Source: Paracoccaceae bacterium (lineage in GTDB: Bacteria; Pseudomonadota; Gammaproteobacteria; Pseudomonadales; Spongiibacteraceae). From it: a DNA stretch of 64,000 nucleotides. The stretch spans positions 570 through 64,569 of the forward strand of contig JBLHMO010000001.1 of assembly GCA_047622145.1 (NCBI GenBank), given 5' to 3'. Below, piece by piece: positions 55,956-64,000 of the stretch. The translations under genes were made by a program, and so were the position numbers. A model generated the notes under the pieces. The model did not search any database, was not told the DNA's origin, and saw only the letters and a list, made by a program, of their open reading frames with translations. The stretch's first letter is position 1. Every line of letters starts with the position of its first letter.

Positions 55956-57266
55956 ATGGTGGTAGATACTGACTTGATTTCTGATTTGCGCGCCAGGGGG
56001 CTAATCGCGCAAATGAGCAGCGAAGATGAGCTGATACAGCACCTCAGCGAAGCGCCGCGAACGCTGTATTGTGGTTTTGACCCCACGGCGGACAGCCTGC
56101 ATATAGGCAGCTTGGTGCCGCTATTGACGCTTAAGCGTTTTCAGCTGGCCGGACACAGACCTTTGGCGCTGGTAGGCGGTGCCACTGGCCTGATTGGCGA
56201 CCCCAGTTTCAAGGCCCAAGAACGCCAATTGAATACGCCCGACGTGGTAAACGGCTGGGTCGACAAGATTCGTACTCAGGTGAGCCGCTTTATTGACTTT
56301 GATTGTGGTGACAACGCCGCGCAAGTGGTCAATAACCTTGATTGGATCGGCGAAATCAATGTGCTGGATTTCCTGCGCGATGTCGGCAAGCACTTTTCCG
56401 TCAATTCAATGATTCAAAAAGAATCTGTAAAACAAAGGCTTGAGCGTGAGGGAGAGGGTATCTCCTTCACCGAATTCACCTATATGATCTTGCAATCCTA
56501 CGATTTCGCGGCCCTTAATCGCGAACACGGCTGCAGCCTGCAAATTGGCGGTTCGGATCAGTGGGGTAATATTACCGGCGGTATCGACCTGAGTCGGCGT
56601 TTGAACCGCTCGCAGGTGTTCGGCCTGACCCTGCCGCTGGTTACCAAGTCTGACGGCACCAAGTTTGGTAAAACCGAGGCTGGTACTATTTGGTTGGACC
56701 CGGCCAAGACCTCTCCCTACGCCTTTTATCAGTTCTGGCTGAATACAGCTGACGCGGATGTCTACAATTTTTTGCGTTACTTCACCTTTTTGAGCCCCGC
56801 TGACATTGATGGAATAGAGGCGAACGACCGTGCCGCTGAAGGACGACCTCAAGCACAGGGTGTTTTGGCTAACGAGGTGACTCGTTTGATTCACGGCGAC
56901 GACGGTTTAGTGGCAGCGCAGCGCATCACCGAGGCGCTTTTTAGCGGTGAGGATGACGCTTTGTCAGAAGCGGATTACCATCAGCTGCAGCTGGACGGCT
57001 TGCCCTCTAGCGAGCTGAATCCGGCCAGCTTTGCCGATACGCCTCTCACCCAGCTGTTGGCAGACGCGGGTATGGCAGCGTCCGGCAAGCAGGTCAAGGA
57101 TGCCTTGGGGCGAAACGCCGTTGTAATTAACGGTCGGGTGGCCGGTGTTGCTGATATGATGAATTCTGCGGAGCTGTTTGCTCCGGCGGCAGCCCGCTTC
57201 AATAAATTTTATCTGGTGAAGCTCGGTAAAAAGAAATACCACTTGTTTGCGCTACCGAGCGCGTAA
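55956..57266 (+). CDS. tyrS: Tyrosyl-tRNA synthetase
   Basis: [35 protein letters not shown]. Confidence 0.99.
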   Translation: MVVDTDLISDLRARGLIAQMSSEDELIQHLSEAPRTLYCGFDPTADSLHIGSLVPLLTLKRFQLAGHRPLALVGGATGLIGDPSFKAQERQLNTPDVVNGWVDKIRTQVSRFIDFDCGDNAAQVVNNLDWIGEINVLDFLRDVGKHFSVNSMIQKESVKQRLEREGEGISFTEFTYMILQSYDFAALNREHGCSLQIGGSDQWGNITGGIDLSRRLNRSQVFGLTLPLVTKSDGTKFGKTEAGTIWLDPAKTSPYAFYQFWLNTADADVYNFLRYFTFLSPADIDGIEANDRAAEGRPQAQGVLANEVTRLIHGDDGLVAAQRITEALFSGEDDALSEADYHQLQLDGLPSSELNPASFADTPLTQLLADAGMAASGKQVKDALGRNAVVINGRVAGVADMMNSAELFAPAAARFNKFYLVKLGKKKYHLFALPSA

Positions 57267-57320
57267 GCGTTCACGTCAGTAGCTTGCCATACAGCGCTCA
57301 ATTGCAGGAGGCAACTCGGC

Positions 57321-58628
57321 GTGCAAGAAGCGTGTAATTACCATCATAAAAACTGCCGTGCGCGGATTTTCATCGTTTTTCTGTTGCCGTTTATATTGGC
57401 GTGTTCTGCAAAACCTTCCGAGGCTGAAAAACGCGCTGTACTGGCGGCCTATCGCGAGCAGGCGTATCGCGTTTATGACGATGCGTATCAGGCGGCGCGC
57501 CTGTTATATCGCGATATCGATGTACTGGTGCAGCAACCCTCGAACGAATCCCTGTTAGCCGCCCGCAAAAGTTGGCGCGCAGCGCGAGTTCCCTATTCGC
57601 AAACGGAAGCGCTGCGCTTTGGGCACTGGTTTGTGGATGAGTGGGAAGCCAAGGTTAATAGTTGGCCGATTGATGAAGGTTTTATCGACTATGTCGATGA
57701 CGCTTATCAGGCCTCTGCAACCAATGTGTGGGCGCGAGCTAATATAGTAGGCTCCGACAGTATTGTAGTGGCAGGCCGTGATGTGCCCTTAAACTACATC
57801 GTTTTTAAACAACTGCAAATGCTGGAGTCGGTAGCCGATGTGGAAGCGGTGGTGGTAACCGGCTATCACGCTCTGGAATTTTTATTGTGGGGGCAGGATC
57901 GCCACGGCACCGAACGCGGCGCCGGTGAGCGACCCTGGGCCGATTTCTCGATAGAGCATTGCACTAACGGGCCGCTGCCAGCCGAATCGGATAAGCCCTG
58001 CCGCAAGCGCGGTGAATTTCTTAAAACCGTTGCCATTTTACTGATGCGACAATTGCAGGAAATGCGTGAACACTGGGGTCCTGGTGCCGGCACGCCGGGT
58101 GATCGCCTGGTTCGCGGTGATGCAGATGCCGGCTTGAATCGCGTGTTATTTGGGCTGGCAGCAATGAGCACCGAAGAATTGGCCGGCGAACGTATGCAAG
58201 TCGCCTTATTAACGCATGCACCAGAGGAGGAGCAGGATTGTTTCTCTGACGATACGCATAATTCGCTGTGGTACAACGCTAAAAGTATCGAGAACTTTTA
58301 CTACGCCCGCTACGAAGGCCGCTCATCGCTTAGCATCCCTGCGCATAGTTTGGCTGCGCTTGCGGCGCGCTACTATCCCGAGCTTGCAGCCCAGTTGGAC
58401 GAGGCTTTTAAAAACACTCGCGAGGCTATGCAGGCAATTCGTGAGCAAGGCGAAAGTCAGCAGCAGTTTGTCGATCAAATGATTGCCGAAGGTAGTGTTG
58501 AGGGTAATGCGCTGTTTGAAACGGCGATAAATCACTTGCAACTTCAAGCGGTCCTACTAAACAGTCTGGCAGACAATCTGGGTATTCAATTGGTGGCCCC
58601 TGCTGCGCTGGGTAAAGCGGCACAGTAG
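57321..58628 (+). CDS. Imelysin-family lipoprotein (IrpA/IcmP-like)
   Basis: AGGAGG RBS, lipobox ILAC, VNSWPIDEGFIDY, GYHALEFLLWG (GxHxxE), ELAGERM, EEQDCFSD. Confidence 0.92.
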   Translation: MQEACNYHHKNCRARIFIVFLLPFILACSAKPSEAEKRAVLAAYREQAYRVYDDAYQAARLLYRDIDVLVQQPSNESLLAARKSWRAARVPYSQTEALRFGHWFVDEWEAKVNSWPIDEGFIDYVDDAYQASATNVWARANIVGSDSIVVAGRDVPLNYIVFKQLQMLESVADVEAVVVTGYHALEFLLWGQDRHGTERGAGERPWADFSIEHCTNGPLPAESDKPCRKRGEFLKTVAILLMRQLQEMREHWGPGAGTPGDRLVRGDADAGLNRVLFGLAAMSTEELAGERMQVALLTHAPEEEQDCFSDDTHNSLWYNAKSIENFYYARYEGRSSLSIPAHSLAALAARYYPELAAQLDEAFKNTREAMQAIREQGESQQQFVDQMIAEGSVEGNALFETAINHLQLQAVLLNSLADNLGIQLVAPAALGKAAQ

Positions 58629-58696
58629 CTCGGTGGCTGGCATAGCGCACCGTAGTTTAATCAATAGCAGAATGAGCAGGGAAGTAAGTTTAGAAA

Positions 58697-60304
58697 ATGA
58701 AACTCCGTGAAAGTAATATTCAGCACCTCAAAGATGAGGTCTTTGACGTCTTAGTTATTGGTGGTGGCATCAATGGCGCTGTGACCGCTGCGGCACTATC
58801 GACCCGTGGCGTGCGGGTGGCAATGATAGACCGCGGTGATTTTGCGGGAGGAACCAGTCAAGAATCGTCCAATCTTGCCTGGGGTGGCATCAAGTACATG
58901 GAAAGTGGCGAGTACAGGCTGGTGCGTAGTCTATGCAAAAGCCGCAATCAGTTGATGCGAGAATATCCATCAACGGTTCAGGAAATTAGATTTCTTACCA
59001 CCATAGCCCGCGGCTTCCGCTGGCACCCAGTAGTGCTCTGGATGGGTACTTGGTTGTATTGGTTTATCGGTATGGGGCAGACGGCTCGTCCTAGGATATT
59101 ATCTAGGCGCGCTATCGCCGCTGAAGCGCCAATGGTGGATACCCGCGAGGCGGTAGGTGGGTTTGAGTACTCGGATGCGTTTCTTTACGACAATGACGCG
59201 CGATTTGTGTTTGATTTTGTGCGCTCGGCTTTGTCCAACGGCTGTATTGCCGCAAATTATGTTGAGTCGCAAGGTGCAGAATGTGTAAACGGGGTGTGGC
59301 AAGTTAAGGCGCACAATATGATTGGCGGTGACGATTTCACTATGCAGGCTAAAGTGCTTGTTAATGCAGCAGGTGCTTGGTTGGACGGGCATAATCAGAC
59401 GGCAAATTTGGCGACTGAATATCGTCACCTGCTGTCCAAAGGAATTCATTTGATTGTTGATCAGATTGGCGACGTGCAGCGAGTGCTGACATTTTTCGCT
59501 GATGACGGTCGGTTATTTTTTGCGATCCCGATGGGGACCCGCACCTGCGTTGGTACCACGGATACGCGGGTCGATAGTCTGGAGGTACATGTTACCAATG
59601 AAGACCAGCAATTTGTTTTGGATAACATTAATCGTCGCCTTCGATTGGCCAAGCCGCTAACGGCGGCTGATGTCATATCTCGGCGATGCGGTGTGCGGCC
59701 GCTAGCGATAAAGGGGGAGGTGGCTGACGAAATCGATTTTCTCCAGTTATCTCGCAAGCACATCATTGAAATCGATAAAGAACGGCCTCATCTGTCGATT
59801 TTTGGCGGCAAGTTGACCGACTGCATTAATGTTGGGGAAGAAGTTTGTGAGCTGATTGAAGGTTTTGGCATAAAGTTACCCTTCCCGAATCGAAAATGGT
59901 ATGGCGAGCCCTCTGCGAGTGTGCGTGAGGAATTTGAACATCAGGCACGCTTGATGAACCTGGATGCGATGACCGCGCCGGAATCATCTGAGCCATTAAC
60001 ATGTCGGTTGTGGCGCCGCTACGGTGCGCAGGCTATTGGCTTGCTCGAGAATATTCGTGAAGACAAGTCGCAGGCCGAAGTGCTTATTAAGGGTACAGAA
60101 TACACAAGGTGCGAATTACGCCAAGCTAGTCGACGTGAAATGATCGTCAAGTTGGAAGACTTCCTTCGTCGTCGATCAAAAATTGCGCTGGTAGAGCGAA
60201 AAGAGGTTATTCGTGAAGCACCCGGACTGATGGAAGCCTGTGAAATTCTGTTTGGGGCCGATGCCCAGCAGCGCTTTGATGAATACTTTAGTGCTGAAAA
60301 ATAA
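58697..60304 (+). CDS. FAD-dependent glycerol-3-phosphate dehydrogenase/oxidase family
   Basis: VIGGGING, DFAGGTS, WGGIKY, DAR, KGIHL, GTTD, GVRPL, SRKH, GGKLT. Confidence 0.9.
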   Translation: MKLRESNIQHLKDEVFDVLVIGGGINGAVTAAALSTRGVRVAMIDRGDFAGGTSQESSNLAWGGIKYMESGEYRLVRSLCKSRNQLMREYPSTVQEIRFLTTIARGFRWHPVVLWMGTWLYWFIGMGQTARPRILSRRAIAAEAPMVDTREAVGGFEYSDAFLYDNDARFVFDFVRSALSNGCIAANYVESQGAECVNGVWQVKAHNMIGGDDFTMQAKVLVNAAGAWLDGHNQTANLATEYRHLLSKGIHLIVDQIGDVQRVLTFFADDGRLFFAIPMGTRTCVGTTDTRVDSLEVHVTNEDQQFVLDNINRRLRLAKPLTAADVISRRCGVRPLAIKGEVADEIDFLQLSRKHIIEIDKERPHLSIFGGKLTDCINVGEEVCELIEGFGIKLPFPNRKWYGEPSASVREEFEHQARLMNLDAMTAPESSEPLTCRLWRRYGAQAIGLLENIREDKSQAEVLIKGTEYTRCELRQASRREMIVKLEDFLRRRSKIALVERKEVIREAPGLMEACEILFGADAQQRFDEYFSAEK

Positions 60305-60360
60305 CATTGTTGGTGGCTTCCCCCACTAATGGCAAGGTAGTGAGATAAGGTAGTGCAATA

Positions 60361-61743
60361 GTGAAGCATTATATTTTCGTTATCTGTGCGCTGGTAATGA
60401 GTGCCTGCAGTTCAGAAAACTCTTCTTATACGGACTTACCTGCCGGCGAAGCGCTGTCCGGCGGCGCCACGACCTATACCAAGCTTAACCCATCGGTCTC
60501 TCTCGCCCAGCACGCCTATTCCCAGCCGGCCACGAATCTCGGCACCCAAGAGCGGGCATTGTTTGCCGTGGGCAATTCTTTTTTTACGTCGCCTTGGGTG
60601 TCGGCGCCCTCATCGGTAGCGGCGCGCGATGGTCTGGGGCCTTTGTATAACGCGGCTGCTTGCCAGGATTGCCACATCAGGGATGGGCGCGGGCGGCCGC
60701 CATCCGCGGGCAGCGCAGTATCCTCGCTACTGCGCATCAGTCTTGATGACGGCAGCGCCGACCCGGTCTACGGCAATCAAATTCAGGATCGTGCGCTGCC
60801 TGGCGTTAAACCCGAAGCCACATTGTCGGTAAGGTGGCAGCTGTCTGAACACAAGCTTGCCGGCGGCGAGCTTGTCGAGCTGAGAAAGCCACAGCCCGTA
60901 CTTGAGGATTTGGCCTATGGCGAGCTTAAGGCAACACAACGAAGCTTGCGGGTGGCACCTCCTGTTATCGGTCTCGGTTTGCTGGAGATGATTCCGGATC
61001 AGCAGTTAACTGATGCGTCTGATGAGTCCGATCGCGATAGTGATGGCATCTCTGGGCGGGTCAATTGGGTGCTTGATCCTGAATTTTCTAGCCTAAAAGT
61101 AGGGCGCTTTGGCTGGAAGGCGTCCCAGCCAAGTGTGCGCCAGCAAAGTCTTGCAGCGTTCGCCAATGATATGGGTATCAGCTCAAGCTTGTTTACACGG
61201 AAGATCTGCAGTGAGTCGCAATCTGCCTGCGATGACTTGCCCGGCGGCGGAGAGCCGGAGCTGGAAGCAGGAATTGAACTGGCAGTTCTGTTTTACGTGC
61301 GGCATCTTGCGGTGCCGGCGCGGCGAGCGATGGACGCGCCGGAGGTTATTGCGGGCAAACGCTTATTCCGCGAATTAGCTTGTGCGAGCTGTCATCGTCC
61401 CCGGTGGGTAACGGGGCAGGACCCATTGTCTCCGGCCTTGTCGTCTCAGCAAATATGGCCTTACACAGACCTTTTATTGCACGATATGGGTGAGGGGCTG
61501 GCAGATGGGGTGCGTGAGGGTGATGCCCTCGGTAGTGAATGGCGTACGCCGCCGCTTTGGGGTATTCATCTGGCGCGGGTGGTTGGGGGCAAAGGCATTG
61601 GTTTTTTGCATGACGGTCGTGCGCGCAACTTTAAAGAAGCCATTCTCTGGCATGGCGGTGAGGCGAAAGCGTCCGCCGCTGCCTTTGCGGCGCTGCCGGA
61701 GGTGCAGCGGGGTTACTTAGTGTCTTTTTTGAAATCTTTGTAG
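60361..61743 (+). CDS. Di-heme oxidoreductase (DHOR) family lipoprotein
   Basis: Lipobox MSAC, RDGLGPLYNA, CQDCH and CASCH heme sites, GRFGWKA, TDLLLHDMG, WRTPPLWG, LHDGRAR. Confidence 0.92.
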   Translation: MKHYIFVICALVMSACSSENSSYTDLPAGEALSGGATTYTKLNPSVSLAQHAYSQPATNLGTQERALFAVGNSFFTSPWVSAPSSVAARDGLGPLYNAAACQDCHIRDGRGRPPSAGSAVSSLLRISLDDGSADPVYGNQIQDRALPGVKPEATLSVRWQLSEHKLAGGELVELRKPQPVLEDLAYGELKATQRSLRVAPPVIGLGLLEMIPDQQLTDASDESDRDSDGISGRVNWVLDPEFSSLKVGRFGWKASQPSVRQQSLAAFANDMGISSSLFTRKICSESQSACDDLPGGGEPELEAGIELAVLFYVRHLAVPARRAMDAPEVIAGKRLFRELACASCHRPRWVTGQDPLSPALSSQQIWPYTDLLLHDMGEGLADGVREGDALGSEWRTPPLWGIHLARVVGGKGIGFLHDGRARNFKEAILWHGGEAKASAAAFAALPEVQRGYLVSFLKSL

Positions 61744-61765
61744 GTTTTTAGCTTAGATTTTCGAA

Positions 61766-61801
61766 CGAGAGCACGGAGCACCTTGTTGCTCCGTGCTCTC
61801 G
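61766..61801. terminator. 15-bp hairpin between convergent genes
   Basis: CGAGAGCACGGAGCA-ccttgt-TGCTCCGTGCTCTCG. Confidence 0.75.
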
Positions 61802-61828
61802 CAATTGTCTGGCTCACCTATCTATAGG

Positions 61829-63292
61829 CTATTGGGCCGGTTGGCAGTTATACACATCGCTGCCAAAAGCGACCATGCCCTCTGATGGTGGTAAGCCGGC
61901 GTAGCCTATATAAGGCTGCACATCGGCTTTAGGTGTTAAGGCATCCACGGCGGCCTGGCGGGTAGCGGGGTCAGCGCTGCGCAATTGGGTCATTCGTTCC
62001 TGCATGCTGACAGCGTCCGCTGGGTCAAAATGTATCTTGTCGAGCCCAAAGAGATTCTCAATCGAGCGCAGCATGCTGTAATGGTTGTATGCCGTGTCAT
62101 TCTGTATGCCTGGCTGCGTGAACGGACTCAGGACCACCGCTCCAAAACGACCACCACCGGCACCAAGTAAGCCATTGAGACCGGGATCCGCACCGCGGTG
62201 TTTGAGGCCGCCATCTAATTCCTGGCCGCAGCAGCCCGCGTAATCCTCCTGCGGGTCGCCCTGCCCAAAGTTGGCTTCGTCAAACAGAATGACGAGCATG
62301 CCCGCTTCCTTAAAGGCGGGGGACTGGACAATGGTGGGAACCCACTCGTTCAAAAAGCGATCGGCTTCCAGTAATCCGCCCGGCCCACCGCTGGTGCCTT
62401 CGCACTGAGTCGCAGAGTCGTGGGCGTTGTGACAGTTGTCTGGCACGATAAGGTTGTAGTTCGGTGTAGTGCTTCGGCTTTGCAGTGCTGTTTTTAAGTC
62501 AGGTAGGTTTTGCACCGGGGAGCCGGCTCGAAGATCAATAACATTGTTGTCGCAGCGCTGAAACTCCTCTGCGCTTGCCGCCTGTCCAATGATACTTCTA
62601 TAGAAGAGGAAGGGGTTGTGGCGTGCAGCATATTGTTCTGTTGTATCAGAGCCGTTGGTGCCGTCGATTTCGTTGAGGGCGGGACCTACGCAGGTGTTGC
62701 CGGCGGGTCGTCCTGCTACTCGGACTTCCCCTTCCTGCTCAAGGTCCATATCCTCCATCCAGCCGCGCCAGCTAAGTTCGCTGCCAAATACCAGATTGTG
62801 CAAGTCTATTTCGTCAACAAGCGTCGGAAAATTGGCCGGATACACACAGCCTGCTCCATTGGCCTGACCAAATTCCAGTACCGGCTGAACAGGGTTGAAG
62901 GGTGTCCATTGTGCGAAAACGGCGCAGTCGCCGTGAGAGGCCGGGTTGGGTGCTTGCCCGCCGAGCATTGAAATGTAGTTACCTGTTGAGGCGTGCGAGG
63001 TGCCGTAGAACTGCGGCAGGATCTGGCCCATGGGCACCACTGTTCCGCGTAGGTACTCTGCGACGGACGCAGCCCCGTAAATCTCGTCGAAGCTTTTGTT
63101 CTCCAGCACAATCACAAAAACGTGCTCTATCAGTGGCGGCGCGTTCTCGCTAAAGCGGGTCGTTGGTGTGCAGGCTTGCGTTACTTGGGGTGTGTTGGTG
63201 CTCGGACTGTCGCTCGACGAACTGCTGTGGCATCCTGGCAAGCTGGTAGAGAGGGCGGTCAGCACCATGGCGGAAATAAGCCTGTTTATCAT
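61829..63292 (-). CDS. Phosphoesterase-family (acid phosphatase/SapM-AcpA-like) lipoprotein
   Basis: Lipobox LPGC plus Ser linker, HVFVIVLENKSF, SHASTGNY, YAARHNPF, PDNCHNAHD, FDE, YNHYSMLRSIE. Confidence 0.85.
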   Translation of the reverse strand: MINRLISAMVLTALSTSLPGCHSSSSSDSPSTNTPQVTQACTPTTRFSENAPPLIEHVFVIVLENKSFDEIYGAASVAEYLRGTVVPMGQILPQFYGTSHASTGNYISMLGGQAPNPASHGDCAVFAQWTPFNPVQPVLEFGQANGAGCVYPANFPTLVDEIDLHNLVFGSELSWRGWMEDMDLEQEGEVRVAGRPAGNTCVGPALNEIDGTNGSDTTEQYAARHNPFLFYRSIIGQAASAEEFQRCDNNVIDLRAGSPVQNLPDLKTALQSRSTTPNYNLIVPDNCHNAHDSATQCEGTSGGPGGLLEADRFLNEWVPTIVQSPAFKEAGMLVILFDEANFGQGDPQEDYAGCCGQELDGGLKHRGADPGLNGLLGAGGGRFGAVVLSPFTQPGIQNDTAYNHYSMLRSIENLFGLDKIHFDPADAVSMQERMTQLRSADPATRQAAVDALTPKADVQPYIGYAGLPPSEGMVAFGSDVYNCQPAQ

Positions 63293-63523
63293 TGTGGTTT
63301 CTCTCTTGGAATGAGGGTTGTCAGTCAGCAGCACAGCGAATCAGGGCTCTGTGATTTATTGGTTACGCACATATAACTTAAGTGTTACGGAATTGGAAGC
63401 TCTGCCCCCGGGTTTTGCGCGCTCGTTCTATCCTTGGCAAGCTTACATATAAACACCGAAGCCATTGTTATTGTACGATTTATGGCCGCCTGCGATTCTT
63501 TTGAAATATATTGAAGAAAGGGC

Positions 63524-63551
63524 TTGCAGGCAGAGCTTAGATGTCTATAAT
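63524..63551 (+). promoter_or_regulatory. rrn promoter
   Basis: TTGCAG-16 bp-TATAAT, AT-rich UP region, discriminator ACGCACC. Confidence 0.8.
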
Positions 63552-63606
63552 ACGCACCTCGCTTAAGGGGAAGCCCTTAAGAAAGTCAAAACCCTTAGCG
63601 GCTTTG

Positions 63607-63648
63607 AGTTATTTAACAACGTAAGATTAAGTAATTTGTGTGGGCACT
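63607..63648 (+). promoter_or_regulatory. rrn leader antitermination boxA and boxC
   Basis: AGTTATTTAACAA (boxA-like) and TGTGTGGGCACT (boxC). Confidence 0.7.
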
Positions 63649-63812
63649 TGTGTGGTTTGATGACGCAAATAGTTATCAGACACAAGTGACTCGTAGATTT
63701 ATTTTTATGATTAACGGTGTCTGAGCCGGGTTTTTGAATCGTATCACGGGTAACTGTGAATCGGTTCCATCATGCAGAAACTCACTTGTGAGTGGAGCTG
63801 ATGTAAAAGATT

Positions 63813-64000
63813 AAACTGAAGAGTTTGATCATGGCTCAGATTGAACGCTGGCGGCAGGCCTAACACATGCAAGTCGAGCGCGAAAGGTCTTCGGGCTGAG
63901 TAAAGCGGCGGACGGGTGAGTAACGCGTAGGAATCTATCCAGTAGCGGGGGACAACTCGGGGAAACTCGAGCTAATACCGCATACGCCCTGAGGGGGAAA
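63813..64000 (+). rRNA. rrs: 16S rRNA, 5' part (cut off by the window end)
   Basis: AGAGTTTGATCATGGCTCAGATTGAACGCTGGCGGCAGGCCTAACACATGCAAGTCG...GGACGGGTGAGTAA. Confidence 0.99.

Noticed and set aside
57333-57351. Fur box at the imelysin gene
   Set aside because: Only about 11 of 19 positions match, and it lies inside the coding start.

Overview
A core-genome segment of a gammaproteobacterium. Gene order is Pseudomonas-like, and the 16S 5' end plus gene content suggest Cellvibrionales/Spongiibacteraceae (a tentative call). It holds rpsU-yqeY-dnaG-rpoD, tsaD-folB-folK, lptD-surA-pdxA-rsmA-apaG-apaH-cca, amgK-murU, rpe-gph-trpEGDC, aroQ-accBC-prmA-dusB-fis-purHD, mrcB, a clc-hemJ-hemL-hemB run, argC-erpA, anmK-M23 peptidase and tyrS. 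An accessory block (imelysin, GlpD-like, di-heme protein, phosphoesterase lipoprotein) and the start of an rrn operon follow. I see no CRISPR array, phage, transposase or tRNA. The main non-obvious signals are: (1) five decayed loci, mostly signalling genes (hybrid kinase, QseG-like lipoprotein, crp/vfr, retS-like, DUF1214), among about 50 intact housekeeping ORFs; (2) a dispersed repeat built from GACGTCN heptamers in three intergenic gaps, twice as inverted pairs; (3) an unannotated Trp-Arg-Trp leader peptide before trpE with no classical terminator; (4) a lower-GC GlpD-like gene splitting an imelysin/di-heme module; (5) a secreted TIMP/NTR-like protein. I cannot demonstrate a wholly new multi-gene system from the sequence alone. 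All homology calls are from recognised motifs, not database searches.
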